DNA of 64,000 nt. It comes from Raillietiella orientalis (Eukaryota). The notes below the pieces were generated by a model. The model was given only the letters and a program-made list of their open reading frames with translations. It did not search any database and was not told the origin of the DNA. Every line of letters starts with the position of its first letter. Within the stretch, counting starts at the first letter, position 1. The stretch covers positions 1,984,001-2,048,000 of the forward strand of contig JAYWIR010000031.1 in NCBI GenBank assembly GCA_036172245.1. The letters run 5' to 3'. This document shows positions 26,241-38,640 of this stretch, piece by piece. The translations under genes and the position numbers were made by a program.

Positions 26241-29049
26241 TTAAATTTTAAATGATTGGTCATTTGAAAAGGAACGTGGGTTAAAGATTAGGTCGAAACC
26301 AACTGTGTGATCACTTGGGAATATTCTAGTACCGTGAAATAGATGTAGTTCCTATTTTAATCTTGAGATTAGAAAGAGAATTCGTGATAATGCTGAAGTA
26401 GCTATGGAAAATGAGTTGAAAACGGGAAGAGAGATAGGAGGAGGAGGAGGATAGCTAGCTCAGTGTCAAAGATTAAGAAAGTAATAACGATTACGAAGAA
26501 TTGGATGCAGAATGGGAAACGTGCACTGGTTTTGGGATCGAATCCACATTCGAAGGGGGATGAAGCGTTGTAGTTAGGTGGCAGAGTAGGCTTAATGAAT
26601 ATGATTGGTGGGGAGATAATAAGAGTAATGAAGAGGGAAGGTGAAGGGAATGAAATTCCTTTGAAAAAGTGACAAAATGTGCATGCGGAAAGTTGCTGTT
26701 AAAAAGTGGGGCGCACATTCTCACTTGGAGAGAATGAAAGCTTCGCACATCCTTCTGTAACTTCACTTTTTGTGATCACTGGCTCCAAGGATTGCGTCCA
26801 TTGAAACACCTTAGCTCCAGCTGTGGAAGCCGAACAGTTCCACTGATTTGCTGCCATTCTTTGTCTGGAAATGTTTTTTTTTTTTTTTTCCTTTCCTAGT
26901 GCTTGGAAAATAGGTGTCGTGTCTCATCGCTCCAGGTCGATTGCTTGACCGCAAACCGACCTCTTGATACCCGCTTACATCACCAGAAAGCGGCTGCACT
27001 GTTCACAAATCCCACTCGAGGAATACAAACTTGATGAACGTGTTGTTGCCCCGTTGCGGGGGTGTAAACCCTTGGCTTGCGCGGGATTCGTTCTTATTGG
27101 GAGTCCAGAAAATGCAACCTTTGTGGAGAGACGGCCTCTTCACCTTTGTAAATGCTTGGGGCTTCACAAAGACCATTTTTCTCTCCCTCGCGTTTCCTTC
27201 GCCAAATGCATTTCCGGTCAGCGTCAGCCACACAGCTGAAGAACTGTGTGCTCCTGCCTGACTCAGCAAGGAGAAATTTCTTTGAGGGTGCTCGCTTAAA
27301 GAATTTTTGCGAGGATAGCAGTGCGGAAACACAATTGCTTGTGTGCGTTCGCCACCCATGGATTTCAGGATCTCCATTTCAAGGATGAAACTCCTACGGG
27401 AGGACCCTACGCTTCAGCCGAATGGAAACCATCAAACGGATTGCTCACACTTCGTACAACACGATTGTTCCCGGATCCCTCAACACTTATACAGGCAAAC
27501 TCTATCCAGACATGAAATTCTTTTGGTCACTTGGGTCACTCCGTCTTTCGTTACGTTTAGGTGCTCTTGCCTGGGTCCATCTGAAACATGAGAGAAGCTG
27601 GAAAACTTTGTGGATACTGGTGTTCGCAATTCCCCAGCATCTCCATCTTTTTATCGTACATCGTGTTTCGTATTTCTAGGATCAATTAAAAGTACCGATA
27701 TCGGTCTCTTCTGAAATTGGCTCTCTTAGTACGGACTACGATATTCCTGCAAGTGGTCAGTTTGTCGATCTGCCCTGTTTCCAGAAATCTGTGTGCCTCT
27801 TGTTGATGCGGTGGACTGCGTCTCTGGTGCCTTTTCCAATCTCGCCTTGCGGGTTCGGGCTCGATGAAGAACACGGTCGAGTTGCGAGCATTGCCTTTCT
27901 GTCCGCGCCGGTTCGTACCGCGGATTTCACGACGGACGAATTTTCTTGCGGGAAAAGCAGAAGGGTTCCGGGGAGGTGCTCCACCCCGCAGGGCATGCGT
28001 GCATTTTTCGTGTGTGCGTCGTCTTCGTTGTTCGAGTGTGAATCAGCGACAAACCGATTTGCGCCTCCATCTGTGCCGTCTAATGTTTTTCAAGGTGTTT
28101 CCCAAAGAACTTGAGAAAGGAAAGCTGAGAAGACCTTAATCCGTCTTATCAAGTTTCCAGAATAAAAACGAAAGAAAAAGGGGGGGCACCTGTAATTGAT
28201 AATTCTGCCGTGCCACGACGAGTCCCAGAGGCGTTTTGTGTTAGGTTCCCAAGAATGCTCGGCTCGCCCGCGCCTTCAAGCTACGGGAAGTCCTTCAGTC
28301 TCTGCCCCCGTGCCTGCGTAATGCGGAATCTTTGGTTCCCGTTTCTTCGGGACGTCGAAGTACTTTGCGACGCATGGATTGAGAAGAGTTCGGAGTGCGG
28401 GGGTTCACGGCTTTCTGTGGTGCTCGCTGCACTTGCCCCTGATCTCGATTCTCAGCTTCCCAGGCTCGAAAACCCGATCGATCCTTCCAGCCCGAGTACC
28501 ACTGGTTTTCGAAATACAGAGCCGCCGGGTGTCACGCCGACGTGGTGTTGTTGCATCTCCCCACGATTCCCGATGTCTTTTCAGTGTGTCCAGTGGCATC
28601 CCCTGCGTGTCGAGCGACGTGTTTGGGGCAAGGGATGTCGAGCTGGTCGAGATGCACGTAATGCACGCGCGCAACACAGCATGTTCGTGCACACGCAGCT
28701 CCTCAGCTGCGGGAACGCATACTCCGTTGCTTATTGCGCGTGCCGATGTTTCCCGCGTAATATGTTGGCGACTGCAGAGGTGTCGGCGGATGTGTGCGTA
28801 CGTGGTGGTTCCCGCGAGGAGCGAGAAAGCTCCAGCCCCAGCCCTTGCCACTTCCCGACGCTCCGCCAGCCGGAAGAGGAGGAAAACACATCATCTGTTC
28901 CTGAGGCTTTGCTCCTAATAGCATTCCTGCACTCCCGATTAGTTGACAGACGCGAGCCGCGGTGAGGCTCGATGCCGGCCGGCGTGTGCCAAACGAGGCA
29001 GGGACCTCAGATTCAGCTGCCACCTTCGCGAATGTGCAAGAACTGATGC

Positions 29050-29710
29050 TTTGGGAAGGACCTCGTTTGCGAACAAATCCGCGCGTTCGTTTGATTGGGT
29101 GCGAGGAGATGACGACGTGGCTCTCCGCGAACGACTGCGTGGTGCTGGAACCACCGAGGTCGTTCCTGAATTTTCCAGCTTGACGAAACCTCTCGCGTGT
29201 GCGCGAGCTCTTCCTGTTTTCACTCTCTCGTCTGACGGGAGGCTTCCGTCGTGTTCCGGAAGTCTTCAAAGGTACCAGAAAAGTCGCTTGCGTCACAGAC
29301 TTTCATGGCCTTCCCATCCACCTGATTACCTCTGCAGAATCTTCTGCGTAGGTACTCTGGCGGTATGGGGGCTACCAGAAAGCGAGAGAGCGGAAGAAGT
29401 ACGAAAGGACAATGCTGTCTGTCTACAGCTCAGCACTTCGCATTCCCTGCAGGAAAATGTGTGCGTAGCCCCCCTCCCCGCAGACCACTTCATTGAGCAT
29501 TCCTCCGCCTTCATGGGTGCTTGGGGGAGGTGTCCTCGCGTTATTTCTTGCAAGGTCCTGCACTGAAGACCGTCTTGTCGGATTCCCTTGTGAAGAAGGG
29601 GAACGTTTCCCGGAGACGACCTGTATCGCTTTCAGCCGCGCCGCTCCTCCCGTTCGATTTGACCCGCACGAAGAACGGAGTCTTTGCCAACTCCTCTTGC
29701 TGCTCCCTCG
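29050..29710 (+). mobile_element. Degenerate Ty3/gypsy-like RT-connection/RNase H remnant
   Basis: VVPEFSSLTKPL, EKSLASQTFMAFP, VGTLAVW, SHSLQENV and PLLPFDL...NGVFANSS occur across frameshifts in the order expected for gypsy pol. Confidence 0.42.
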
Positions 29711-31689
29711 CGCCCTCGTGCTCGGCCACTTCTTGCACGCCGCTGCCGAAACGCCAGATTCCATGGTGCATCTTCCCTGGAGACCTGGGTGCCGGGATTC
29801 TGGCGAGCACTAGGAGCACTAGAAAACGGGAGGAAAACGGACTCTCTTCGGCCGAAGCAGCGCGGCGGCGCCGATCTCTTCCGGAAGGAGAGAAACTTCC
29901 AGTCCTTTGTGGAAGCTCGTTCTTTGTTGTCGGTAGTGGTGGTGATGTCTGCCGGACCCCCCTGGACGAAACGCAAATGCTTTAGCCCGATGATGCACAT
30001 TTTGAGGACTTTCGTTTTGTGTGTGTGTGTGTGTGTTTTTTCCCTGCCTCGCCGATCGAAGTGGATTGCGACGTGATGCCAACCTCCCAAAGACGTGGAA
30101 AATTCCCCGGCGCGTTCCCCCAATCACAGTAGGTGGGAAAACTCCAGATATGCAAACACGACCGCTTCCCGTAATCAACACGTAGGCAACACTGAAAGTG
30201 CAGTGGACAACTGGTCTGCTGATCGCGTTCGTGTTGCTCTTTACGGAGCAAAGCAGGGTCCACCGAATGTTCCTCCAGAGTTGGATTCTTCCGTGTGCGC
30301 ATTTCCTTATGTTTCCTTTCCTTTTTTTTTTTCGCGAAAGTAATTAAATGATGAGACTTTGTGGAAGCAGTCCCACTCGAAAACAAGAGCAACGCGAGTG
30401 TGATAAGGAATGGGTTTTCTTGGGGATTGCAGATGTTGTACGAGCGCTTTGCAAAGCCCCTTCGCTTGAAGCGGCGATTCCCGGAAGTGGAACCTCAGTG
30501 CAAAAGTGGTCCGAAGCCATGGATGCGGAGCCGGTGGTGGTGCGGTGCCCGGAGAATGCGAACTTGAACGTGAACACCTCCTCAGCTGGAGATGCGTGTG
30601 CGCGTTTCGGAGACCATCAAGATGAACCCTGAAGAACGCCGCTTCTCAGCTCGAGAGCTGCAATTCGCCGACGCATTTCTTGCATCGTCGGGTGGACTCT
30701 TTTGAGAGTGGCGAGATGATGATAACTGCGGTAGGGATTTGGTAGAGTGGAATCTGGAAGCCTGGTTGAGCTGGCCAGAAAAGTGACACCGGCCTCCGTC
30801 GGTCCGCGAAAGGCGCGTTCGAGACCGTCACGGAAGAAGAGCTCTCAAGTCTAAGATTGCTGGTAGCGTTTTGATGGTCAGTCAAGAATCCGTGATTCTT
30901 CGGCACTTTGTGCAGCGTTGTGTTGACCTTTTTTTGTTTGCGTTTCTCTTCGCCTTTTTCTATTCGGGATGTATTCTTGTAACTTAGCACGGGTGCAATC
31001 ATCACTGCCTGCTTGTTGAAAAGTCGGTTGGGTCGCGGACCGTAAGAGTTGGCACCGATCTTGCTTGCGATGCGTCGATTTTTGCTAAGCTTCGTTGTTC
31101 CCATTTGTCTGCACTGAGAATGGACCATACTGGGAATTGTGTGCGGTGTAATCAAGAGTTGCATAACCGCCGTTTCGTACGGACCTTGCCTTGTTGTTCC
31201 TTTGTGTTGGTGGTGGTGGTGTTTTCCCAGTCCCCTACTGGACCATTATTCTGTCTGCCTGATCCTGTCTCAAGGAAGACGGTAACTTGCGCTCATTTAC
31301 AAAAGAAACCGCACGGAAGCTCTCTTTCTTGTTTCTTGATTTGTTCTGCAGAACCACGGAGAGCACCCATAGATCTTGTGTTTTTCTTGTAACCACGTAG
31401 AGGCACTGATTCCAGGCACTGCGTCGATTTAGTAAAAAGTGAAAGGATGGAGGGCTACGTCGTGGGTTTCTTAAATCAGATTGGCTGCGTCGGGATCAAT
31501 ATTTCCTGAAAGGATCCTGTTTTCATCTTCTGCCTTTGAGAGACTTTGGTAAATGTGCTTCCTCCGTTCAGGAAGTCTTTTTTTTTTTTTTTTTCCCTCG
31601 TTTCGTTAAATTAGCTGTTTGTCTTCGCCTTCTCGTCTCTTCAGCGTAGACACCCCAGGAACCGCAGCCCACGGAACGAAGAATATGCA

Positions 31690-31800
31690 AACTCATTCGT
31701 CTTTGCTTCTCGTTTTCACGAATAGAATTCTCTCCATGATTCGAAGAACCGTATTCGGAGTTGCCCTCACCATTGTGGGCTCTTTGGCGGCAAATGATCA
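31690..31800 (+). mobile_element. Short gypsy-like RT remnant
   Basis: SLLLVFTNRILSMIRRTVFGVAL resembles TxNTHxGLYxYxRLPFGVxSA. Confidence 0.25.
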
Positions 31801-33969
31801 AAATGGGCCGCGTCCTCCCCATCCCCAATCCCTTCCCCGCGCTTCTCCTTTGCCTCCAGCAGCCTCCCGTGCAAAGTGTGCCGTGCTCATGCACATGAGC
31901 ACGGAACCAGCCGATTGATGATCGCCTCGACTGATGATGTCCACCCCCCCACCAGCTCGTGCGCGTTCGTTCCCGCGGTAATCAGCCCGCCTTCCCCCTC
32001 CGATTCGGGCCGGGAGCGCACTGCTGTTTTCCCCCTTTCGGCAGAAAACGAATGCCGTGTTTGCCTACGAAAGAAGAAAGAAAATGATTCGGTTTGCACA
32101 GCATTGGCCAAGTCTCCTCACCCCTATTTGTATTCCAGGTTACTGCTAAGTGTGAAGCACAGACTCCTCCGTTTTTTCTTCCCGCCTACTTGAGTGCCGC
32201 CGTGTCCCTCTTAGCGAGCGGTACACAGAAGCTGTGGGAGATCGTTTCTGCAGGACCCATTGGGAAACAGTTCTCTACACCAGTATTAGTCAAGCCAGTT
32301 CTTCTTAAAATTGCTCAAGTAAATTTGCCTTCGTCAAGTCCGAAACCACTTGAATGGAACCTTGCTACAGAGCGCCAACAGTGCTATATATATTCATATA
32401 TATATATACATATATATGAAAAATATATACATCTATAATCACCAGATGATACACTAATAAATTTGGAACGAAAATTTCTGCTTGTACGTTTACTGTGGGT
32501 TTGGCCATTCGTTTTGTTTGGTGCTTTTGGGCATGCCTCGGTAGCAACAGTGATTGAGCGTGCATCATTTAGGTGTGGACATCAATCGAGCAACCGGTAC
32601 GTGCATCCCAGAAACGACGCGCCTGAATTGAAGGAAGAAAAAAAAATGTATGGAGTCAAAAGAAGGACACTTGAAGCGTGGCTGTGAGGATGGTACTTGG
32701 TCACCCTGAGATTCGATTCTGTTTGAGTCTTCCAGCGTAATGAAAAGGCTTCACGGAAAGGTTTTGGTAGCCGTTGACCCGTTTAGCCGATCGGTCAGAA
32801 AAAAGGACAGCAAGAGGGTCAGCCCGTTTGATGGTGGGCAAGGTTGGCCTTGGAGGAGTGAAGTGACTTCAAGCCCGAGAAAAGCTTTGCGTTTGCATAG
32901 CTTTCGGCTGAGGTCAGTGCCGTGTTTTCTCTGGATCAGAGGCGTGGTTCCCGCACTGTCCAGGGAAGACGCGGTGCTCAAGCGTCGCCAAGCGGCTTCG
33001 GCCTGCGGAGAGTACTGGGAACCGAAGATGCAAGGGCTGATTGGGATCGATTCTCTCTGCCTCCGACTGTCGCTTGAATTCCGACTGCGACCTCTCCCCG
33101 TTTCTGCCCGTTTTCATATTTTGTTTCTTGCTTCAGGCGGCAGCATCTTTGAGAATGATTGGGCGACACCGAAAAAAGCACTTGCCGAACTTCGGTTTCT
33201 GTGGCCGCAGGGCTCCTCGCCCAGTAAAAGATCATTTGACCTGGAGGCCCGGAGGAACCCGCAGTGTTCCAGCTCTCCAAGCGAGAAGTGCTGGATGCTC
33301 CGAGGTGTCCACGAATCTCTGGACGAAGCGCTGTTGTTGAGATCTGAAGGTGTTAGAGATGTTTCCATACCTACCGGGAAGACGACTCACTTGCCGGGGA
33401 GCTTCGTTACGAGCAACTGCATCGAAGTGATCCCTCAGACGAGATCTGCGTTGCATGTCCCGGTGCGGGACGGAGGAAGGGGGTGGGGGGTGGGGGAAGA
33501 AAGATCGAGGGACAAGCCGTCACGCCCTCTCTGTGGGCGGAAAACACTGCCCCCCCCCCCCCATCTTCCTCAGTCAACAGAGGAGAAAATCCTTGCTACT
33601 CGAGAAATAAAACTTCCTTCTCAGCATCTCTCAGCGTTCCTGGTTTCCTGCCGTATTGAGGATAACCTCGTCGGTTTTCTCACTATCCTTCCTTGGTGTC
33701 CATCCTTCGGGAATCTGGCGTGAGTCATCGGCAGATTCAACCTCCTGTGGCCACATGGGGCAACCTTGCAGCCGCCTCCTTTTTCGTTCCGTTCCGCCGC
33801 AGAGGCCTCCCACAACCCCGTCTTCAGGTGGGCACCACCTTTGCTCTTCCGCGTGCGTTTTCTTCCTCTCAACCGCCTCATGGGGTGGATTCCTTTCACC
33901 GTAAGAAAGAGCACCGCCGGCGGAGCAGGTCCGCCGGTCGTCTGACTCGACCTCGAGAGGTCGTGTTAA

Positions 33970-35950
33970 AAGACGCACTGGTATTGTCTCCCGATGCGAC
34001 CGGCATCCCGTAGGGTAAGCTCAGTACCGTTAGGCGGATACCCTGGGTTTTCATGGCTCACAACGAGGGAACCCGCTAGATGGTGCGCGCGTCCCGTGGC
34101 GAACGCATCTGTGGCAGCGAGTGCAACGGAAAGCCATGGGAGACGCCTGGTGCCGGTTCGGGACGTGGATCTCAGGGAGACTGTCCAGGCACCCGTCCGA
34201 GGGAAGGAGAGGAGGGGCCGCTCCCGCGAAAGAGCGCTGGCGGGAAATTCGATGGCCGTCGTCCAGGAACAGTCCGAACCGGTCACGTGGACACGGGGCT
34301 GGCAGTCAAGGTCCTGCGCTCGTCTCTTCGGCTGGACGAGGTGGGCGCTGGCGAACGAACGGACGGGACGCCTGGGCGTAAGGGCACCGCTCGGGCAGGA
34401 AGACGGCGGACCGGACTGGCTCATCCGTGGAAGAATGGGGAAAAAGGGAGGAGGGAGGTGCACGGCTGGTTCCGAGCGAGCGAAAGGGTCACGGGTGGCC
34501 AGGTGGATGCAGGGGCCTCCGGTGAAGAGCTGGCTGGTCCCGAAAAGGCAGATGCTGATCGGTGTCCCTGCGACAGGGAACCAACGAGAGGGGAGAAATA
34601 GGTGGAGCAAACCCTATCGGAAGTCGTCCTATGGGTCAGCAATCTTTGTCGGGAGGCAAGCGACGTAACCAGCGGGAGGTACTGCGTTGGGCGGACGCGT
34701 GGCTACAGCGGTCCCCGCGCGCGGTACCAAGCGTTGCGAGTTCGAATCCTCACGTGAGAGGATTAACGCCGAGAAATGGGCGTGTCGTGGGGTTTCGAAT
34801 CCCTCTGCAGGACGACGCTGGTTGGCCCACGAGATTGGGGTGCAGCACTGGTGGAAATCCAATGCCCTCTTTGACTGGCCGGGATTGGAAGTTGACCATC
34901 GAGGGTCCTTCCAGGAATCAAGGAGTCCTTCGGGGTTTCCTCTCTGGTTGTGAAAATGGAGCCAGCCATCGCGTACCATGGAACCGGTTGATACCCCCCC
35001 CTACGGGAGGTTTCCTCTCCAGGGTGTCAGGAGCATGTTGCTCCCTTCGGGGAGCGGAGAGGACCTTTCAGAGAAACGAGGAAGCGTCCCTTCGGGGTTC
35101 CCTTCAGAGGAGCACCAACAAGGAGCAGTTCCCTTGCGGGTTCGCTCCGGAGAAGAAATTCCAGGAGCGGATCCTTTCCAGGTTCCCTTCGAAGAAGAAA
35201 ATGAGGAGCGACCCCAAAGGGGGCCGCTCTTCTCCACATCCCCTTCGGGGGCGTCAGGAAGAGGTTCCCTTCGAAGACAACCAGGGCGAGGATTCGCTTT
35301 GGGGTAAGAGGAAGGGGAACGGACTCCTTCCTCTGGAGTCCTTGCTGGATTCATAGGGAGATCCCTATGGGGTGACCCCCTAAATTGAAGAGTTGACACG
35401 CACCCTCGGGTGGCGTGAACAAGGTCGAAGAGCTTCGTGAGCCACCACCACCCTCTCCCCGAAGGGGGCGAATGGTTCTTCAGTACTTGGCAGGAAGGCG
35501 TCCATTGCGGCGGCGCGAGCCTACCGCCGACTCGCCTCGTACTTCTTCGGCCCTGGAGGCACGCCCCACATTGGAAAGTGCCGAGGACTACTGGCGGCGC
35601 CCTTGGCCTCGCAGTCCTTTCGCAATCCTGCTTGGCCTGGGGCAAAGGTCAGCTCTGCCCGCACGACGGAGCTGCAATCGGTATCGTCGTCATCGATCCC
35701 GGGCCTGTCCTCCTTTTTTGCGTTTCCTGCCTCGTGCGTGACAGGCAAGTACCGTACGTATCCAGCTCCTGTACCGATTGCAGTGGTTTCCCCTCTCTCG
35801 TGGACCACACGCTTCTCTCCCCCCCGAGCCTTGCTTCAGACGCCGTCCTGAAGTTCATGACCTTCTTCCTTGACGCACCCCCGTCGGCGGCGTCTTTCTC
35901 GGCGTTGCTCGTGGGCTCCTTTGGATGAGAGCGTGGTGCGCACGCAGGTG
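33970..35950 (-). mobile_element. Degenerate ORF1/gag-like region of a retroelement with zinc-knuckle remnants and a ~14-aa peptide repeat
   Basis: Minus strand: RCHRCVRHG (~34090-34125), VVLGTFQCGACLQG (~35550-35590) and the repeats SSSKGTWKGSAPGI / SSPERTRKGTAPCW / CSSEGNPEGTLPRF (35070-35200). Homologous to 52300-52820. Confidence 0.4.
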
Positions 35951-36369
35951 CTCTCCTCCCCAGCCCCCATCCCTCCTCCCCGATCTCCGCTGCCATCTTT
36001 GTTTCCTTCCTTTTGCCTCTCTGGCCCCCCGTGACGCGCGTGCTGCCCGCGTGGCGGTGGCGGCGGCGGGAGGATCCGCCCTCTTTCGGGAACGTCGGGC
36101 CGCACCGAACCTCACGTACCGCCGGCGGAGAGTCTAAGGGTCACGAGGCAGTGTGCCCGCCCTCTGCCCCCACCCTTCGCGCCAGGGTGTTTTTCCTCCC
36201 GGATGTTGCAGGGCTCCGGGTCGGCCCGCTGAGGTTGCGTCCCCGCCCGTGCACCGGTCTGCGCGCCCGTTCCGAGAGAAACCACGGAAAGGACTCTCGG
36301 GAGCGCATCTTTCCGAGGTCTTCCTCGCCGCAGATCCCGCATCTCGATAGGAGCCCCTCCGCGCTTCCC

Positions 36370-36592
36370 TTTATTTATTCCCATCCTTTCATTTATTCAT
36401 TGATGTACCGATGGACTCGTATATTTATTTATTCGCTTATTCATTCGTTTATCCATCTGTTCGCGTCCATCGCATCTTATCTATTTATTCTTTTATTTAT
36501 TTATGTGTGTATTCGTTTCTTTCCTCATTTACTTATGTATTAACTTACGTCTCTATCTGCCTATTTATTATGTATTTATTCATTCATTTATC
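36370..36592. repeat. Degenerate (ATTT/ATTC)n microsatellite
   Basis: About 220 nt of tttatttattc / attcattcattt variants, with sharp boundaries inside GC-rich DNA. Confidence 0.8.
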
Positions 36593-37529
36593 GTTTGTTG
36601 CTCACCCCACGTCCCGTCCCAGCCATCGTCCACGGGCTGGCGCGCCCCCGCGGCGCTTCTGTTGCCGGGCGCCATGCCACAGTTTGGAGTGGTTGTCTGG
36701 GAAATCCGAACCGGGGGCTGGAAGCACACGAGCGAAGACTTCGCGTCAGTCTGTCGCGGCCAGGTCTAGTGAGTGACCTCGGCCACGCTTCCGCCCCCGG
36801 ATGAATTTGGCGCGAAACGTGCAAAAAGCGCGTTTCCCCCTTTCTTCCCCGACGGGCTCGTCGCCTGCGCCGCCTTTCGCGCGCGCCCGCGGAGAACCTC
36901 GAAACCGGAAGCTCCCTCGCCTCGCGACGGGACGCATCGGGGCGCGCCGAGCTTTCCGGGGTCGGCCGAAGACCGAGGACTTCGCCGGCGCCTCTCTCGC
37001 GCAGGTTTCGAGGAAGCGCGCACCATGAACCCCTTCCTCTCCCCGTCCCCCCCATCGATCCCGTTCTTCTCTTCCCGATCTCTCCGGAGGTGCTGCTGCA
37101 TGCACCGCCGCCGCCGCACGGAATGCAGCGCGCGCACGCTCCTTGGCAACCGCCTCGTCGTCCCGCGTGTTCTCCGCAGTCTCCCCGGCAACGACGGGAG
37201 TGTCGGCACCGTCGACCGAAGCGACCTCGCATCGGTCGGTCGGCGCAAGGCTGCTCTTCCCCTTTGCTGCGCCCGCGGACGGGTTCGCCCTTCGAGGGGC
37301 TCATCTCCGTCTCTTCGGCTGCGTCCTTGCGCTGCAGCAGCGGACGTGCTCCCCTCTTCGTCTCCTTTTTTGGCGGGAGGAGTTAGCGCGCGCAGGCGCG
37401 AGAGTCTTCCGGAGCGCCGCGGCTCGGGTCTGAGTTGTGACCCGGGTGCTCCGTGACGTTTATTTGGTATAAAAATGGACATTCACAGTTTCTATGGCAG
37501 CATCAGTGATTCAAACAAAGCCCATTTCA

Positions 37530-38640
37530 AAGGGAACGTGCCAGTCTCGTACGCTTTGAAAGACTGGGAACGCATCCGAAGGGTGACTGGGCTTATCTCG
37601 ATAAGGAAATTCTACGGATGACGAAGGAGGTACTTCATCTTCCCCCAAGAGCGGCCAATGAGTACATCTACGGTGATAGGAAGAAGGGCTGCTTAGGCAT
37701 GATGAAGCTGTCGAATGAAGAGACCTTCATTCTGGACTCTTGCTTTAAGCTCCTTACTTCGCCGGATGCCACGCTTGCTATGGATTCTCTCCCAGAGGTG
37801 GTTTGGAAGAAAACTCTTTCATCACCAATGGACGAGGATCTTGCAATATTTGTCGGCGGATACTCATTCCGTAATGGTGGCGATGTAAGAAGCCTATGGA
37901 CGGTGGGAAGACAGGCCTCAAGAAGGCTGTCCGCATCATGGGAATGGGTTGATGGTGACCACAGGATCAGTATTTCGGAGGTGATTATCGATGTTACCCA
38001 CAGGAAGAATGTTGCTTCGACAATTCGGAGTCTCCAGCGGGAGTCAGCATAGCTTTCCCTAATAAGCACCCAAGGAAAAGCCATGCGATGCGTTGGTTTC
38101 CATCAAGTCTCCAGCTTCTGTCTAACAAGTGATGCCTACCTGCGTTTAGCGGATTTCCGTTCTATCCACTCGGCAAGGTTAAATCTCTTGCCGATTCGAG
38201 GAATATTAAGAAGATCAGAACAGGATCGGCTTTGCCGTCGTTGTGGTACAGGGGATGAAACTTTTCCTCATGCACTGAACCACTGCATGAGGCATTCCCC
38301 CTGTACCAACAACGGCATAATGTCATCGTGGATAGGATGAAAAAAGCCTCCATCTCAACAGCTGGATGGAGGCTGATCTCTGCGAACCAGCAAGTCCCGG
38401 GTGTGGAATCTCCATTGCGACCAGATCTCGGCCTCCAGAAAGATAACAGAATGGTGGTTTTGTATGTCTCCTGTCCCTTTGAGAATGGAGAGGAAGCATT
38501 TCTCACTGCCAGGCGGGAGAAAGAAGAAAAATACCAACCAATTGCGCACTTACTTTCCCGAGGAGGAATCAAGGTCGATGTCCGTGCCATTATAGTGGGA
38601 GTGTTAGGATCATTGGGATCCTAAGAATGATGGAGTCCGC
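37530..38640 (+). mobile_element. Utopia/NeSL-type (R2 group, RLE-encoding) non-LTR retrotransposon, 3' fragment, pseudogenised
   Basis: KEVLHLPPRAANEYIY, FKLLTSPD, QGKAM, ADFRSIHSARLNLLPIRG, CRRCGTGDETFPHALNHC, HNVIVDR, NQQVPG..LRPDL, PFENGEEAF..AR.EKEEKY and IIVGVLGS(W)DPKND. Contains stops and frameshifts. Confidence 0.9.

Noticed and set aside
32740..33723. 327-aa + strand ORF
   Set aside because: No recognisable domain; weak LINE-like hints are on the opposite strand, so it is probably a shadow ORF.
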